A DNA stretch of 64,000 bases from Candidatus Thorarchaeota archaeon (GTDB lineage: Archaea > Asgardarchaeota > Thorarchaeia > Thorarchaeales > Thorarchaeaceae). Position numbers and translations under genes: made by a program. The stretch lies in contig JAWOEX010000021.1 in the NCBI GenBank assembly GCA_046482545.1, forward strand, positions 201,971 through 265,970. The letters are read 5' to 3'. The notes under the pieces are model-generated. The model did not search any database. It was not told the origin of the DNA and saw only the letters and a program-made list of their open reading frames with translations. Shown here piece after piece: positions 40,698 to 51,614 of the stretch; position 1 is the stretch's first letter; the number at the start of each line of letters is the position of its first letter.

Positions 40698-43589
40698 TTA
40701 CAGATTCCTCAGAATAATGGCAGGGTCGGTCTTCGCAGCTTCCTTCGCCGGGAAATAGCAACCAATCATCATTGCTGACACTTCCAGCAGTAGTACAGTC
40801 ATAAGGAATCTAACAGGAAATATGATAATAGGCTCAAGAACCCTTGAGAAAGGACTCATAGAAAAGAGGAGTATTGAGAGAATATATCCAAAAATCGTAC
40901 CGAGAATAAGGCTGAGAGTCAGAGATGCTAGCACAACACCACTGAACTCTGAGAAGACGATTTTGATTACTTGGTTCCTTGAAGCACCAACCGCTCTCAA
41001 AATGGCATAGTCTCGCTTGCGTTCGTGTACAACAGACCCGAGAAACAGAGTGAGTGCAAAGATACTGATTGTGAACGACATAACAAATCCAATGGAAGAT
41101 AACCCTTCAGCTGTGCTGAGAAAAAGAACAGTACTAAAAGAATGACGCTCTAAATCAAACGTCTCTGGTGTGGTTGCAGTAACTCCGGGAATCTCCTTGA
41201 GTCCGCGTAAAACTGTATCTTGGTCGGACATACAAACTAAATCACACAAGAACAGTTCTGCCGTAGATATGTCGGTTTGTGTTGATAGATATTCCAAATT
41301 CGTTATTGCGAAACCAGAGAATTTTGGTTGATAACCAAAAGCAGCCCTATGTCCAGAGGGGGGAATGTCTTCTGGGGATGCGTATCCAAAACCGGGTGCC
41401 GTGTGCAATAATCCTGTTAGCACAAAGGAGATGCTTTCACTCTTCAGACGCCCTCCCACCTCTAGGTTCAAGGAATCCCCAATAGATTTGTTCCATCGAT
41501 CTGCATGATACTTACTGAGAATTATTCCATTCTCGATGGAATGGAGTCTAGATAAGACATAATCAGGTTCTTTGCCGAAGAAACTACTTTCATCGAAAGC
41601 ACCAATAGAAGCATATTCAATAGCATCTGTACCGAGAAGTGTAATCCTGTGAGTTCCAACAGATCCCCAAGTTTGTAGGAATGGTGCCGACTTCAAGACC
41701 CCAGGATATTGCTCTATGGTGTCATTGAAGCTAAAGGGCTTAGCGGAACAACTAACCCTCATGTCGGCGCCAACAGCATACGATACTTCTCTTTCAAGAT
41801 CTGCTTCATAGCTGTTTGCCTGAACAGCGAAGGCGATTGTTGAAGAGAGCGTCAGTGTCAGAATAACCATCAAAGGAACAATCCGACCTTTACGCACCTT
41901 GAGATTGCCGGCAGTAATACGATTCTTCTCACCCAGAAGAAATGATATACGACTCGTAAATCTCGAAAAACCAACCCGGGCAATTCGCGACCCATTATAT
42001 GCCATGAAAAACCATGCTGCGGTTCCAAATCCAATCTCAAGCATGAAGACAAATGTGTTTGTTGGTAATAGGAAAATTGCTCCAGCGACGAGCCCCAGCA
42101 AAAAGATCGACGCACCTATAGTGAATCTATAAGCCGGAGTGACTGAATCAGGAATGTCATCGGTTTCGACAAGTGATGAGCCGATTTCTGCCATCGCAGC
42201 TTTCCGAGCAGAATACAAGATGAAGAGGAGAGGAGGGAGAATGCAAAAGAAAATAGAATAGAGAACGCCTTGTGGAGTCACAACAGTATTTGCAAGGTAC
42301 GTCTGGTAAAGGGTCCAGTCAAAAACCATGAAGGAAGTGGCTGAGTGAATTAGTGCTCCAAGAAATACTGCAAGTACAAGCCCAATTAACATACCCAGCA
42401 AGGCCATGAGAGCAACCTCAGCGATGAAGATGGCATAGATTTGATTGGAGCTTGCTCCTTTGGAGCGAAGGGCGCTAACTTCCCCTTTTCGAGTTGCCAT
42501 GAAACCATCAGCCGCAAATACTGATAGAAAGAATGCGAGAAGAAAAATGGGAAGATTCAGTAACGAAATTGGTAGTGTCTCCAAGTATGTATCAACAATG
42601 CTCTGCATGTACTGAATTTCGCTTAGACCCTCAATATCCACATCGAATTGCTCATCTATACGTTCCTTCAACGTAAGAAGGTTATCCGCCATGGAGGTAG
42701 CACCTCTTGCTATCAAAGCGTCACAAGAAGCTCGTACAAGGGTTCTCACTCCAAAGAAGCCGCTTTCTGGCAGACTCTCGGTATCTATCGAACTGGCAAG
42801 AACCATTATACTATCCCGTATACCTAGGACTGGAGTGTCATAATGGAGTGATTCATAGTTGGAGCGCATTATGGAAGGAAAGGCGCTTTCAACTAGAGAA
42901 TTATATCCCTTCATCTCGTATATTCCGGCGACTCTTAGCGATTCAAGACTAGTTCTGTCCAAGTCTCCAATCGGAGCAGAATCACCAGCAGGCGCTTTCT
43001 TTAATACTTCGATATCAATTGTTGAGTTCAAAGCCAACATACGACCAAATACGTCGTAGTAGTAAGAGCGGAATTGGGATGATACGAGTATTTCCCCTTC
43101 CCCGATTGAAAAATTCCCCTCAACTAACATCTCGGATGCCAATGTATCGAGAAAGGCATTATTCACGAATATGACTTGGCAATCCTTTAGGCCATCGGTA
43201 TATACGGGTAGGTCAATGCCATAAGTTGTACTGTCAGGTAACCGAGTAGCGGATACTAGGCCGACGGTCGAATTCAACCGATGAACATCCTTAACCAGAG
43301 GACTGTCTAGAGCATATGACTCGGCATCGACTGCCTCCTGTGTCATCCCAACGGGAGTCTCTATAAGCATCTGAAACGAATTATCTGCAAAATAGTTCCT
43401 AACGCCATAGTGAACACCTGTATCAGCCCAGATATAGGCAGAACTGACCAGAGAGAAACCTAGCGCGAGAGTAATTGCCAAGCTTAACGCTCTTCGTGGA
43501 TATGCTTTCATCGAGCCTACAGCATATGAGAATGCGTATGCACGGTTCTCCTCCGAGAAAGTCGATTCGTTCACCTCAGTATCCACCAA
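40698..43589 (-). CDS. FtsX/MacB-like ABC permease, paralog of 37782-40664
   Basis: RKGEVSALRSKGAS, RKRDYAILRAVGAS, VGADMRV and the shared DPA..LRNL ending. Confidence 0.9.
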   Translation of the reverse strand: MVDTEVNESTFSEENRAYAFSYAVGSMKAYPRRALSLAITLALGFSLVSSAYIWADTGVHYGVRNYFADNSFQMLIETPVGMTQEAVDAESYALDSPLVKDVHRLNSTVGLVSATRLPDSTTYGIDLPVYTDGLKDCQVIFVNNAFLDTLASEMLVEGNFSIGEGEILVSSQFRSYYYDVFGRMLALNSTIDIEVLKKAPAGDSAPIGDLDRTSLESLRVAGIYEMKGYNSLVESAFPSIMRSNYESLHYDTPVLGIRDSIMVLASSIDTESLPESGFFGVRTLVRASCDALIARGATSMADNLLTLKERIDEQFDVDIEGLSEIQYMQSIVDTYLETLPISLLNLPIFLLAFFLSVFAADGFMATRKGEVSALRSKGASSNQIYAIFIAEVALMALLGMLIGLVLAVFLGALIHSATSFMVFDWTLYQTYLANTVVTPQGVLYSIFFCILPPLLFILYSARKAAMAEIGSSLVETDDIPDSVTPAYRFTIGASIFLLGLVAGAIFLLPTNTFVFMLEIGFGTAAWFFMAYNGSRIARVGFSRFTSRISFLLGEKNRITAGNLKVRKGRIVPLMVILTLTLSSTIAFAVQANSYEADLEREVSYAVGADMRVSCSAKPFSFNDTIEQYPGVLKSAPFLQTWGSVGTHRITLLGTDAIEYASIGAFDESSFFGKEPDYVLSRLHSIENGIILSKYHADRWNKSIGDSLNLEVGGRLKSESISFVLTGLLHTAPGFGYASPEDIPPSGHRAAFGYQPKFSGFAITNLEYLSTQTDISTAELFLCDLVCMSDQDTVLRGLKEIPGVTATTPETFDLERHSFSTVLFLSTAEGLSSIGFVMSFTISIFALTLFLGSVVHERKRDYAILRAVGASRNQVIKIVFSEFSGVVLASLTLSLILGTIFGYILSILLFSMSPFSRVLEPIIIFPVRFLMTVLLLEVSAMMIGCYFPAKEAAKTDPAIILRNL

Positions 43590-43595
43590 TCAAAA

Positions 43596-44387
43596 TCATT
43601 CTGTATCAGATGCATCCCGAGATGATTGTATCTGTCCTTGTTTTGCTCGAACATCCACTCCGCTCGCCCTGAAGAAATCGCCGACAAGTTCTTCGACCAG
43701 TATTCCGTCTCTTAGCAGGAGGATCTTATCGGTCATCTTTGCAACTTCTGGATCGTGGGTGACCGTAATAACTGCTCGATTCTCTCTTTTGGCCAAATCA
43801 CGCATCAGTTCAATAATGACGCCGCCTGTCTTGTGATCCAAGTCTCCTGTTGGTTCATCACACAACAAGACAACAGGGTCGTTTGCTAATGCCCTTGCAA
43901 GAGCAACCCTAGACCGCATTCCTCCAGAAAGCTCATGAGGCATGTGATGCGCCCTATGGGCCACATCGACATCTTCGAGTAACTTCATGGCGCGCTTATG
44001 TCTTTCATTCTCTCGAACTTCTTCCAAAAACATCGGGACTTGGACGTTTTCTAGTGCTGTAAAAATGGGAAGAAGATGTTGATCTTGGAAAAGCACACCT
44101 ATCTTTCTTCGGCGCACTTGCGATAGAGCGTCATCGTTCATGTCTGACAACTCTATGCCATCAACGAAGATTCTGCCGCTAGTAGGTCGGTCAAGACCGC
44201 CAATAAGATTCAGCAGGGTGGTCTTGCCAGAACCTGAAGCACCAACAATGGCAACAAAATCACCTTTGTGAACAGTTAGGTTGGTTCCACGAAGGACTTC
44301 GATTACACGAGTACCATCTTGGAACTGCCTGTGAATATCCTCACAAACGACAGCAGAACCATTAGTGCTATCCAATTCAAAGGCCAC
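43596..44387 (-). CDS. LolD/MacB-type ABC ATPase
   Basis: GASGSGKT, LSGG, CDEPTGDLD and VTHD motifs. Confidence 0.93.
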   Translation of the reverse strand: MAFELDSTNGSAVVCEDIHRQFQDGTRVIEVLRGTNLTVHKGDFVAIVGASGSGKTTLLNLIGGLDRPTSGRIFVDGIELSDMNDDALSQVRRRKIGVLFQDQHLLPIFTALENVQVPMFLEEVRENERHKRAMKLLEDVDVAHRAHHMPHELSGGMRSRVALARALANDPVVLLCDEPTGDLDHKTGGVIIELMRDLAKRENRAVITVTHDPEVAKMTDKILLLRDGILVEELVGDFFRASGVDVRAKQGQIQSSRDASDTE

Positions 44388-44606
44388 CTTTGCCCTTGGA
44401 CAGATGGCTGATTTTTAAACTTGCTACTCAAGCAGAATATCTGCGAAAAACCAATGCCTACGAACGCCGTCTATCCCAAATAGTATGTCCATTTGAAATG
44501 CACAATAGTGGGTTTCCCGCAGTTACAGGTTAACCAAATATAAGAAACAGATTATGGAGAAGCGGACTGCGTAAACTATAACTGCAGAGCGCATTTCACA
44601 GCTGTT

Positions 44607-46745
44607 ATGAGAAGAGTAGTCATTGGAATCCACCTATTTCTGTTCCTAGCTGGTGCCTTCGTTGCATCTGTAGCTTCGAACCAGATAGTCCAGCTGGATA
44701 CTCTTGACCTCTACTCTCAGGAGTCTTCCATTCATCGCCGCTCCTTAGGGCAGCAAGACAACAATGAGCCTAACGGGTCTCTCCATTCGAAGATGAGCTA
44801 TGCAAACCCCGGAAATGAAAAGGTGGAAATCCAGAAACAATCAACAATAGAATCTGCCATTTTTGAACATAATGGATATCTGAATGTAACGTCATTACTA
44901 GAAGGAATTTGGGCCGCTCCTTCAGCCGGCCGTATTCTCAATGATACTAAACACCTTTCAGAGAATTTTCCAAACCGCACATGGAACGACGAGGAAATGA
45001 GCCCATCGAATAACCTTCAAGATGCTTGGGAGTGGGCCAACTCGTCATTGATCAACATAACCGGCTCCAGTATTCATTTTGAGTTCGTCACGGAATACTC
45101 ACATCTACTGGCCAGAATAGAAGGAGAAGGCGATTCACCAAGACCTGCTGTACTTCTATCCGGTATCATTGAGTGTCCACGAACACCCGGTGCAAATGAT
45201 TTAGGCGCTAGCACAGCAGCTGTTCTTGAAATGGTAAGAATGTTGCATAACTACTCTCTGCCTTTTGACATTCTTCTGGTACTGATGAACGCTCATTATG
45301 TTGAACCCAATTATGATGTGGGAGCTAGATCTTTCGTATCTTGGCTCGTGGACAACGGTATTCGGATTGCAACCTCGTTCTCGTTCGATAAGCTCCTATT
45401 TGACCACTCAGGGTTCCTCCATGGAACAAAAATAGCACTAAGAAGCGATTTTGACGCCTCTGAACAGTTTCGATGGGTGAATGACTTCATTATGTGTATA
45501 TCTGAAATATATGGGGATAGCAGGCTAATGACCCTAGATGATCTTCAACCATCTCAAGTATCCTTAGCCTATGAGATGTGGAGGAGGGAGCTGCCTTCAA
45601 TTCACATTGCCCAAGGCCGTTATGATGGACTTCATAGTGGGTCTGAAGATGATACATGGGATAATCCTGATTATGATTATACGAAAGCAGGGGAAGCATC
45701 TAAATCTGTAGCAGCGTCAATTGTCTATGCGGGTCTTCTTAAGGAGTACAAGGTTCCAGCCTACTATTCTAATGATTTGATTACGGTCAACGGTACCGTG
45801 AATCAAAAGGTAGTTTTGACAACGAATGGTTATTTCAATGCCACAATCACATGGAATAGCACACAGCCCTTCTCAGGATCCATTCAGCACGAATCAAGTG
45901 GCTCAATAGTCTATCGGAGAGTAGAAGACGACGGACTCATTCATTTGAAATACAAAGCGTCTCGAGGTACATATCGAGTTATTCTGGATAATCAAGGAGA
46001 TGAGACAGTACAGTATTCGCTGAACATGACCTTCCCAAATGACTGCGATGGTGATGGCCTGTCTGATATCTTGGAGCTTGACCGAGGGACTCAGCCCTAT
46101 CTGGTTGATACAGACGGTGATGGCCTAACAGATGACATCGAGTTGGCATTAGGAACCAATCCAACTCAAGCTGATACTGACAATGACGGTTTATCCGATG
46201 GTGTAGAATATGACTGGGGATCCTCGCCTACCGAGAGGGATACCGATCATGATAATTTGACTGACCACAGAGAGTGGGAGGCTGGTAGCAACCCAAATGT
46301 CAATGATTCTGATTCGGATGGCTTGTCTGATTGGGAAGAAGTAGAGATGTACAATACAACCCCCATAGACCCAGACACAGATGGTGATGGACTTGAGGAC
46401 GGATTCGAAGTGTCCTATGGGCTCAATCCGCTTTCTCCCGATTCCGATGGAGATGGTCTAAGCGACCTTTTTGAGGTTGTAAACGGGATTGACCCGCTTT
46501 CCCCTGATTCCGATGGAGATGGGTGGGGTGATGCATATGAGGTTGAACACTGTATGTCCCCCATTGATAGCGACACCGACGGTGATGGGATACCAGATGG
46601 AATTGATTGGGATCCGCGTAACCACTGGATAATCGGAGTCGCACCTGTGTCTTTGTTCAGTATTGTTTCCCTTTTTGCTGTGTTTAGCGCATTGAAGTAT
46701 CGTGCCTATCATCGAGAGGAGAAATCGGCAGCGAAAACCCGATAA
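44607..46745 (+). CDS. Surface protein: degenerate M28 peptidase-like domain, Ca-binding DxDxDG repeats and C-terminal TM
   Basis: Signal peptide, [16 protein letters not shown]...DTWD, nine repeats, then TM and a basic tail. Confidence 0.8.
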   Translation: MRRVVIGIHLFLFLAGAFVASVASNQIVQLDTLDLYSQESSIHRRSLGQQDNNEPNGSLHSKMSYANPGNEKVEIQKQSTIESAIFEHNGYLNVTSLLEGIWAAPSAGRILNDTKHLSENFPNRTWNDEEMSPSNNLQDAWEWANSSLINITGSSIHFEFVTEYSHLLARIEGEGDSPRPAVLLSGIIECPRTPGANDLGASTAAVLEMVRMLHNYSLPFDILLVLMNAHYVEPNYDVGARSFVSWLVDNGIRIATSFSFDKLLFDHSGFLHGTKIALRSDFDASEQFRWVNDFIMCISEIYGDSRLMTLDDLQPSQVSLAYEMWRRELPSIHIAQGRYDGLHSGSEDDTWDNPDYDYTKAGEASKSVAASIVYAGLLKEYKVPAYYSNDLITVNGTVNQKVVLTTNGYFNATITWNSTQPFSGSIQHESSGSIVYRRVEDDGLIHLKYKASRGTYRVILDNQGDETVQYSLNMTFPNDCDGDGLSDILELDRGTQPYLVDTDGDGLTDDIELALGTNPTQADTDNDGLSDGVEYDWGSSPTERDTDHDNLTDHREWEAGSNPNVNDSDSDGLSDWEEVEMYNTTPIDPDTDGDGLEDGFEVSYGLNPLSPDSDGDGLSDLFEVVNGIDPLSPDSDGDGWGDAYEVEHCMSPIDSDTDGDGIPDGIDWDPRNHWIIGVAPVSLFSIVSLFAVFSALKYRAYHREEKSAAKTR
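46041..46616 (+). repeat. Nine ~22-aa thrombospondin type 3-like repeats (DxDxDGLxDxxE...G..P)
   Basis: Visible in the translation; about 66-bp period in DNA (ccgctttc.cc.gattccgatggagatgg occurs twice). Confidence 0.9.
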
Positions 46746-46784
46746 CACAAGACTCATCTCTTGATCCACTCTTCAATTGTATAA

Positions 46785-47648
46785 ATGAGAGAGATTCAAG
46801 CTCAGGGGTTTTCGCTTCAGGACACACTTGAATGTGGTCAGACATTCTGTTGGATAAAACATGACGGCGGCTATATCAACGCCGATGTCGGGCAGGTTGT
46901 ATATGTTGAACAGGAAGGCGATTCTCTGTTCTATGAAACAACAGATAGTGATGTTCCACTAGAGAGGATGCTCGGTCTTGATCATCCTATTGAGCAAATC
47001 ACAAGCAATCTTCCTGCTGATTCTATACTAAAAGAGAGTATGCAATTTGCAAATGGATTGCGCATAATAAATGACCCGTTTTTCCCTTGCCTTATTTCAT
47101 TTCTCTGCTCAATCTGGAAGAGTATCCCATGTATCCGAGGACTTGTGGAAGGAATACGTAAACAGTATGGTTCAGCGTATACTTTCAGGGGAGAAACCAC
47201 CTTTGGAATGCCTACCCCTCAACAGCTTGCAGCTGCAGAGGTCAACGCATTGAAAGATCTGGGGCTCGCTTGGCGAAGCGAATTCATTGTGAAGTCGACG
47301 CGTTCAATTTTAGAGGGGGATATCATACCCAACGCCATATTGGATATGCAGTATGAAGAGGCTCACAAAACACTCAAGCAATTACATGGGGTCGGGAATA
47401 AGGTAGCAGATTGTGTACTATTGTTCTCGCTTGGATTTCTTGAGGCTTTCCCCATGGATGTTTGGATTAATCGTGTCATCGAAGAACACTATAGCATCTT
47501 CACAGATGATGGGGCCTCATACGCCAAGAAATCCAAAGCTGCAAGACAATACTTTGGTGAGTATGCAGGCTACGCACAACAGTATCTTTACTACTATTCA
47601 CGCGGGAATTCCTGCAGAACATCGAAAAAGAAAAGCAAGCGAAGTTAG
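46785..47648 (+). CDS. 8-oxoguanine DNA glycosylase, OGG1 type
   Basis: TLECGQTF.W, CLISF.CS, HhH-GPD L.GVGNKVADC.LLF and AFPMDVW, YAGYAQQYL. Confidence 0.92.
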   Translation: MREIQAQGFSLQDTLECGQTFCWIKHDGGYINADVGQVVYVEQEGDSLFYETTDSDVPLERMLGLDHPIEQITSNLPADSILKESMQFANGLRIINDPFFPCLISFLCSIWKSIPCIRGLVEGIRKQYGSAYTFRGETTFGMPTPQQLAAAEVNALKDLGLAWRSEFIVKSTRSILEGDIIPNAILDMQYEEAHKTLKQLHGVGNKVADCVLLFSLGFLEAFPMDVWINRVIEEHYSIFTDDGASYAKKSKAARQYFGEYAGYAQQYLYYYSRGNSCRTSKKKSKRS

Positions 47649-48775
47649 AAATCCTGTTTCTTCTGTTTTTCTCTTGCGTACCAATCATGTGAGTCAACGC
47701 CTTTCGTGACTTCCCATGCTCGGGTTTGATAGAAGGCTAATGGATGGAGGATATATTCGCAGAGCGGATCCCAAGCCTCTCCAAGATACACTGGGCATAA
47801 GCTACTGCCTTGAAGTTTTTTGCAACTTGGAGGAGTGTAACCCTCTCCCCCTGATTTTGAAGCGATGTGACGAACCTGATACTCAGCAAGACCTCTAGCA
47901 AAATCAGGCGCAGCCTTGAAGACACCAATCACTTCCTCTTCAGTCATGCCAATTTTCAGTAAAAAGGAGGCAAGAGCGAATCTTGCATCATGAGCCAAGT
48001 TTTTCCCTTGAACCGAATCATCGTACATGTGGGCAATGCAAGGTGGAAAAGCTGCAGTTACGTCACCCGTCATTTTCACTGGCTCGGTTTTCTTAATCCT
48101 TCCACGCAGCTGCGATTCGATTCTTTGCACCGCTTCTGTCAAGCGCTGAGGCAAGGTTGGCACATCAAGACTGCTTTCGAGAATAAGCTGTTTGGATTTT
48201 CCGGACATTAATCGATCCAGTTCTGAGCGTTTGATAAAGACATATCCGTCCTCAACATATCGGTTTATCAGCTTCCATGCAGCTTGATGAAAATTCGGTG
48301 CAACTTCAAGGAAATTCTCGAAACGTATCTTGAAGTCGAAAGTTCTCAGAACCAAAGGTAAGTGCCCACGATGAGCAATGGCGCCCAATGATTGGATGGA
48401 CCAGTCAAAAGACGTACTACAAAGATGAAGGACTATCCTGTCTTTTTCATGTCCCAAATATCTATTGACAGCCTTTGACTCGGCTTCTGCCTGATATTGC
48501 TTCAATCGTGGGTGATTGATTTTCTCAACAATTAGTCTTGCAGTCGGATAGACTAGTACGTCCCGAGAATCACCGTTGTCCGGGAGTTTGATGGGATCCC
48601 CCTTGAGTGCTGTGTTTACTCGTTCTTCTGCCGCCTCAATTAGATATTCATTCCTTTCAGAAGAAAGAACATCAATTAATGCCCCAACATCACGAGCAAA
48701 ATCCTGTACTGCGTTGCGTGCCTCGCGTGAGAATGGATATTTTAACAACTGCTTTCGTGTAAGCAACAGTGACAC
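47645..48775 (-). CDS. priL: DNA primase large subunit
   Basis: KYPF, WKLINR.VE.G.V, FPPCI, G.NL.H.ARF.L.SFL, APDF....EYQV.HI and YTPPSC..L....LC. Confidence 0.93.
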   Translation of the reverse strand: MSLLLTRKQLLKYPFSREARNAVQDFARDVGALIDVLSSERNEYLIEAAEERVNTALKGDPIKLPDNGDSRDVLVYPTARLIVEKINHPRLKQYQAEAESKAVNRYLGHEKDRIVLHLCSTSFDWSIQSLGAIAHRGHLPLVLRTFDFKIRFENFLEVAPNFHQAAWKLINRYVEDGYVFIKRSELDRLMSGKSKQLILESSLDVPTLPQRLTEAVQRIESQLRGRIKKTEPVKMTGDVTAAFPPCIAHMYDDSVQGKNLAHDARFALASFLLKIGMTEEEVIGVFKAAPDFARGLAEYQVRHIASKSGGEGYTPPSCKKLQGSSLCPVYLGEAWDPLCEYILHPLAFYQTRAWEVTKGVDSHDWYAREKQKKQDF

Positions 48776-48781
48776 GCCTCG

Positions 48782-48973
48782 TCAGTAAGTAGACCCGTAA
48801 TCCTCGATATGGCGCTTATAGAATTTATTGTCGTAAGATTCACACTTGAATGCCTGAACCTTATTCAATCTGTAACTCTCATCAAGCACACAGTGAATAC
48901 GATTGCTACCGAAACGGGTTTTTTTCAGCCCATCATCAGGAACCTTCTTTGTCTTGCTTTCTTCTTCGTCCAT
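48782..48973 (-). CDS. Small hypothetical protein
   Basis: 63-aa ORF packed co-directionally between the methyltransferase gene and priL (15-bp and 6-bp gaps). Confidence 0.55.
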   Translation of the reverse strand: MDEEESKTKKVPDDGLKKTRFGSNRIHCVLDESYRLNKVQAFKCESYDNKFYKRHIEDYGSTY

Positions 48974-48988
48974 CCAATGTTCACTGAC

Positions 48989-49648
48989 CTATGCCGCTTC
49001 TCTTTGTCCCACAATTATTGCTAGAACACTGTTAATCGTTCTGGACGCAGAAACTGTGAATCCGGCGTCTTCCAGAAGGTGTTTCAAATCATCGAGTGAG
49101 TGCTTGGCCATGTGGGGATACTTTTCGTGAGCTCGTTTCTCCGACCATCCTTGATTCATCATCCAGTCCACAAATGCCTCTTCATCCCCTGAAATATAGT
49201 CATAGACTGCGTATATTCCACTCTCATCCAAAACTCTGTATATCTGCTCCAAGAGATTTGGAGGGTTCATCAGCTCATGCAACAAATACCCTGAAAAAGC
49301 TAATTCGATGCTCTTGGGCTGAAGCTCAAGTCTTTGGAAATCAAAATCGATTTGTCTCAACGAAATCTTCTCGACAGCAACTCGGCCCGTAAGAACCAAG
49401 GTCGCTCTCTGGAGCATGCGAGAGCTCTCATCTAGTCCGTATATTTCCTCAGCCTGAAATTTCTCTGTGGCATCAGCCAGGAAAAGTCCTGGCCCGCAAC
49501 CGAAATCAGCAATTGTTTTTCGTGGCGAATCGCCAACTAATTCCAAAAAAACGTTCCAGAAAGTCTGGCCATACCGCTCGTCATATGACTCAGTCAGTTC
49601 ATTGATTTCTTCGATTCCGTCCCAGTCCGCTTTTGCAGGATTGTCCAT
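48989..49648 (-). CDS. Class I SAM-dependent methyltransferase
   Basis: IADFGCGPG, GLD.S..ML and LLHE motifs. Confidence 0.9.
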   Translation of the reverse strand: MDNPAKADWDGIEEINELTESYDERYGQTFWNVFLELVGDSPRKTIADFGCGPGLFLADATEKFQAEEIYGLDESSRMLQRATLVLTGRVAVEKISLRQIDFDFQRLELQPKSIELAFSGYLLHELMNPPNLLEQIYRVLDESGIYAVYDYISGDEEAFVDWMMNQGWSEKRAHEKYPHMAKHSLDDLKHLLEDAGFTVSASRTINSVLAIIVGQREAA

Positions 49649-49655
49649 CGGATTA

Positions 49656-50189
49656 TCAAACCTGTAGCAGATAATCCGCCCGTAGAAGAAGGGGCATCAA
49701 TTCACCCAAACTTTGACGTAGAATCTCAGGATCACTGTACAATCTCTTCAGAAAATCTCGTCGGTCATCTATGTTGCTAGCTTGTTCGCTAAGAGTGCGA
49801 TAAGCAGCATTGGGGCGTTCAATCCATCGGCAGAGCTCCTCATTATTCTGGTTCAGGAAAAGGACCACGGGTGTTTTTCTCTTGCCATTGACACGGTAGT
49901 TCTGGTGAGCCCTTGCATTCTCATCACTGTCAAGTATTCGAAGATGTACCAGAGAAGAAAGTGAAGCCATTCTAGCCAAAACAGGTAGGTTTCCAGTGGT
50001 ATCATTGCATCGGTCAGTACCTATAACCAAGATGTGAATTTCATTCTGTATGCCCGCTAGCTCCTCTGCTTCTTGTTCATTAAGCATCAGATCATTGAAC
50101 CTCGCTTTCATCAGCTCGACATTCTCGCGGGCTGAGTCCAGCCATTCACTATGTTCGAGGGCATCTTCCCACAGGGCATTCTCAGGCAT
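49656..50189 (-). CDS. Thioredoxin-like protein (Thioredoxin_9 type, single Cys)
   Basis: LVIGTDRCNDT..NLP, NG.RKTP and W.ERP motifs. Confidence 0.8.
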   Translation of the reverse strand: MPENALWEDALEHSEWLDSARENVELMKARFNDLMLNEQEAEELAGIQNEIHILVIGTDRCNDTTGNLPVLARMASLSSLVHLRILDSDENARAHQNYRVNGKRKTPVVLFLNQNNEELCRWIERPNAAYRTLSEQASNIDDRRDFLKRLYSDPEILRQSLGELMPLLLRADYLLQV

Positions 50190-50417
50190 ATGTATCACGT
50201 CAATTCTAAGCAGAATCGTACCGGGTACCGGTGTGCTACATTGTTGAGCAAGCAATAAAAAGAATATGTGTATCGGCTACTGTCACATTTAATCCTTATT
50301 TTTCAAAGGTGTGCATGGGTAGAAGAAAAGCGAAAGAACAGCAATACCCTATTGGATACTTTCGACCATCTGTTGAACTTATTTAACCACCTGAGAGTAT
50401 AGAGAAGAGTGTGACTG

Positions 50418-51569
50418 GTGAGAAGGTCCGGCGTAGCAAATCTGAAACTCCATGGGGGAAAGGCCCCAAGATGGCTGGTCAAGCGCATGAAACCCATGGC
50501 GAAGGCCATTTGCAGCTTTTTTGTAGACGAATACGGCCCCCTTGAGCTTCTGGAACGGCTTGCAGATCCAGTTTATTTCCAGGCCCTATCCAACGTATTA
50601 GGCTACGATTGGGATAGTTCGGGCTCAACTACCGTTACTTGCGGAGTACTACGGTCAATATTAACCATAGAAGAACACGGTGTGGCTGCTGCGGGAGGTA
50701 AGGGGCGAACCTCCATGAGGACCCCTGAGCATCTTCGTGCACTCGAGGACTATGGACTTGATGGTGCAGGCCTCGGAGAAATCAGCAGAGCGGTCGCCAA
50801 GGTGGATAATGCAGCGGTCCAAGACGGATATGCGTTGTACCAGCATGTTTTCTTTGTCGATGTAGATGAAAACTGGACAGTCGTCCAGCAAGGAATGGAT
50901 GGGGACTCTGGTGATGCTAGACGTTACCACTGGACATCTCAAACTACACAACAGTTTATCGAGGAACCCCATACAGGCATGATTTCCGGCGCAGTAAAAA
51001 CAGCAGCCCTTGATATGACGTCAAAGAACTCCGAAGAATGCCGAGAGGTTTCTGTCGACATTTCGCAAGAGGAACCAATCAGAATCAAGCGTCTTTTTGA
51101 AGATGTCAAACCCTATGGAGAAAGCACTCTTGTCCCTTGGTTAGACGATTACAATCCTCGAAAGGAATTGCCTTCCTACAAAGTGTTCCCTAATCGCATG
51201 AACTGGGACGCAGTTCGAGAAGCCTACGAAAGACAGCCCTCAGATTACGAGGAATTACTCTTCATCAATGGAATAGGCCCCGCGACGGTACGCGGACTGT
51301 CTTTGATTTCGGAACTAGTCTATGGTGAAAGTCCGTCTTGGGCAGATCCTGTCAGGATGACATTTGCGTTCGGAGGGAAAGATGGCGTCCCATTTCCTGT
51401 CAAGCGGAAAGAGTATGATGAAGCTATCAAGTTCTTAGAAACAGTTTTGCAGGACGCCAAGATGGGAAGAAGAGACAAAGTTGTTGGTCTGAAGCGGCTC
51501 AAGCGGTTTGCGCCGCCGATTCCGAGAGATTTGGACAATACTGCGGTTCCTGAAAGGCGCCTATTTTGA
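50418..51569 (+). CDS. DUF763 family protein
   Basis: L.LHGGKAP.WL, DWDSSGSTT, AKVDNAAVQDG..LY, WTVVQQGM, GIGPATVR.L and FA.GGKDGVPFPV motifs. Confidence 0.93.
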   Translation: MRRSGVANLKLHGGKAPRWLVKRMKPMAKAICSFFVDEYGPLELLERLADPVYFQALSNVLGYDWDSSGSTTVTCGVLRSILTIEEHGVAAAGGKGRTSMRTPEHLRALEDYGLDGAGLGEISRAVAKVDNAAVQDGYALYQHVFFVDVDENWTVVQQGMDGDSGDARRYHWTSQTTQQFIEEPHTGMISGAVKTAALDMTSKNSEECREVSVDISQEEPIRIKRLFEDVKPYGESTLVPWLDDYNPRKELPSYKVFPNRMNWDAVREAYERQPSDYEELLFINGIGPATVRGLSLISELVYGESPSWADPVRMTFAFGGKDGVPFPVKRKEYDEAIKFLETVLQDAKMGRRDKVVGLKRLKRFAPPIPRDLDNTAVPERRLF

Positions 51570-51614
51570 AAAACCGAAGGATACAATTTAGATAGTGTAT
51601 ACTGAAATCCAACC

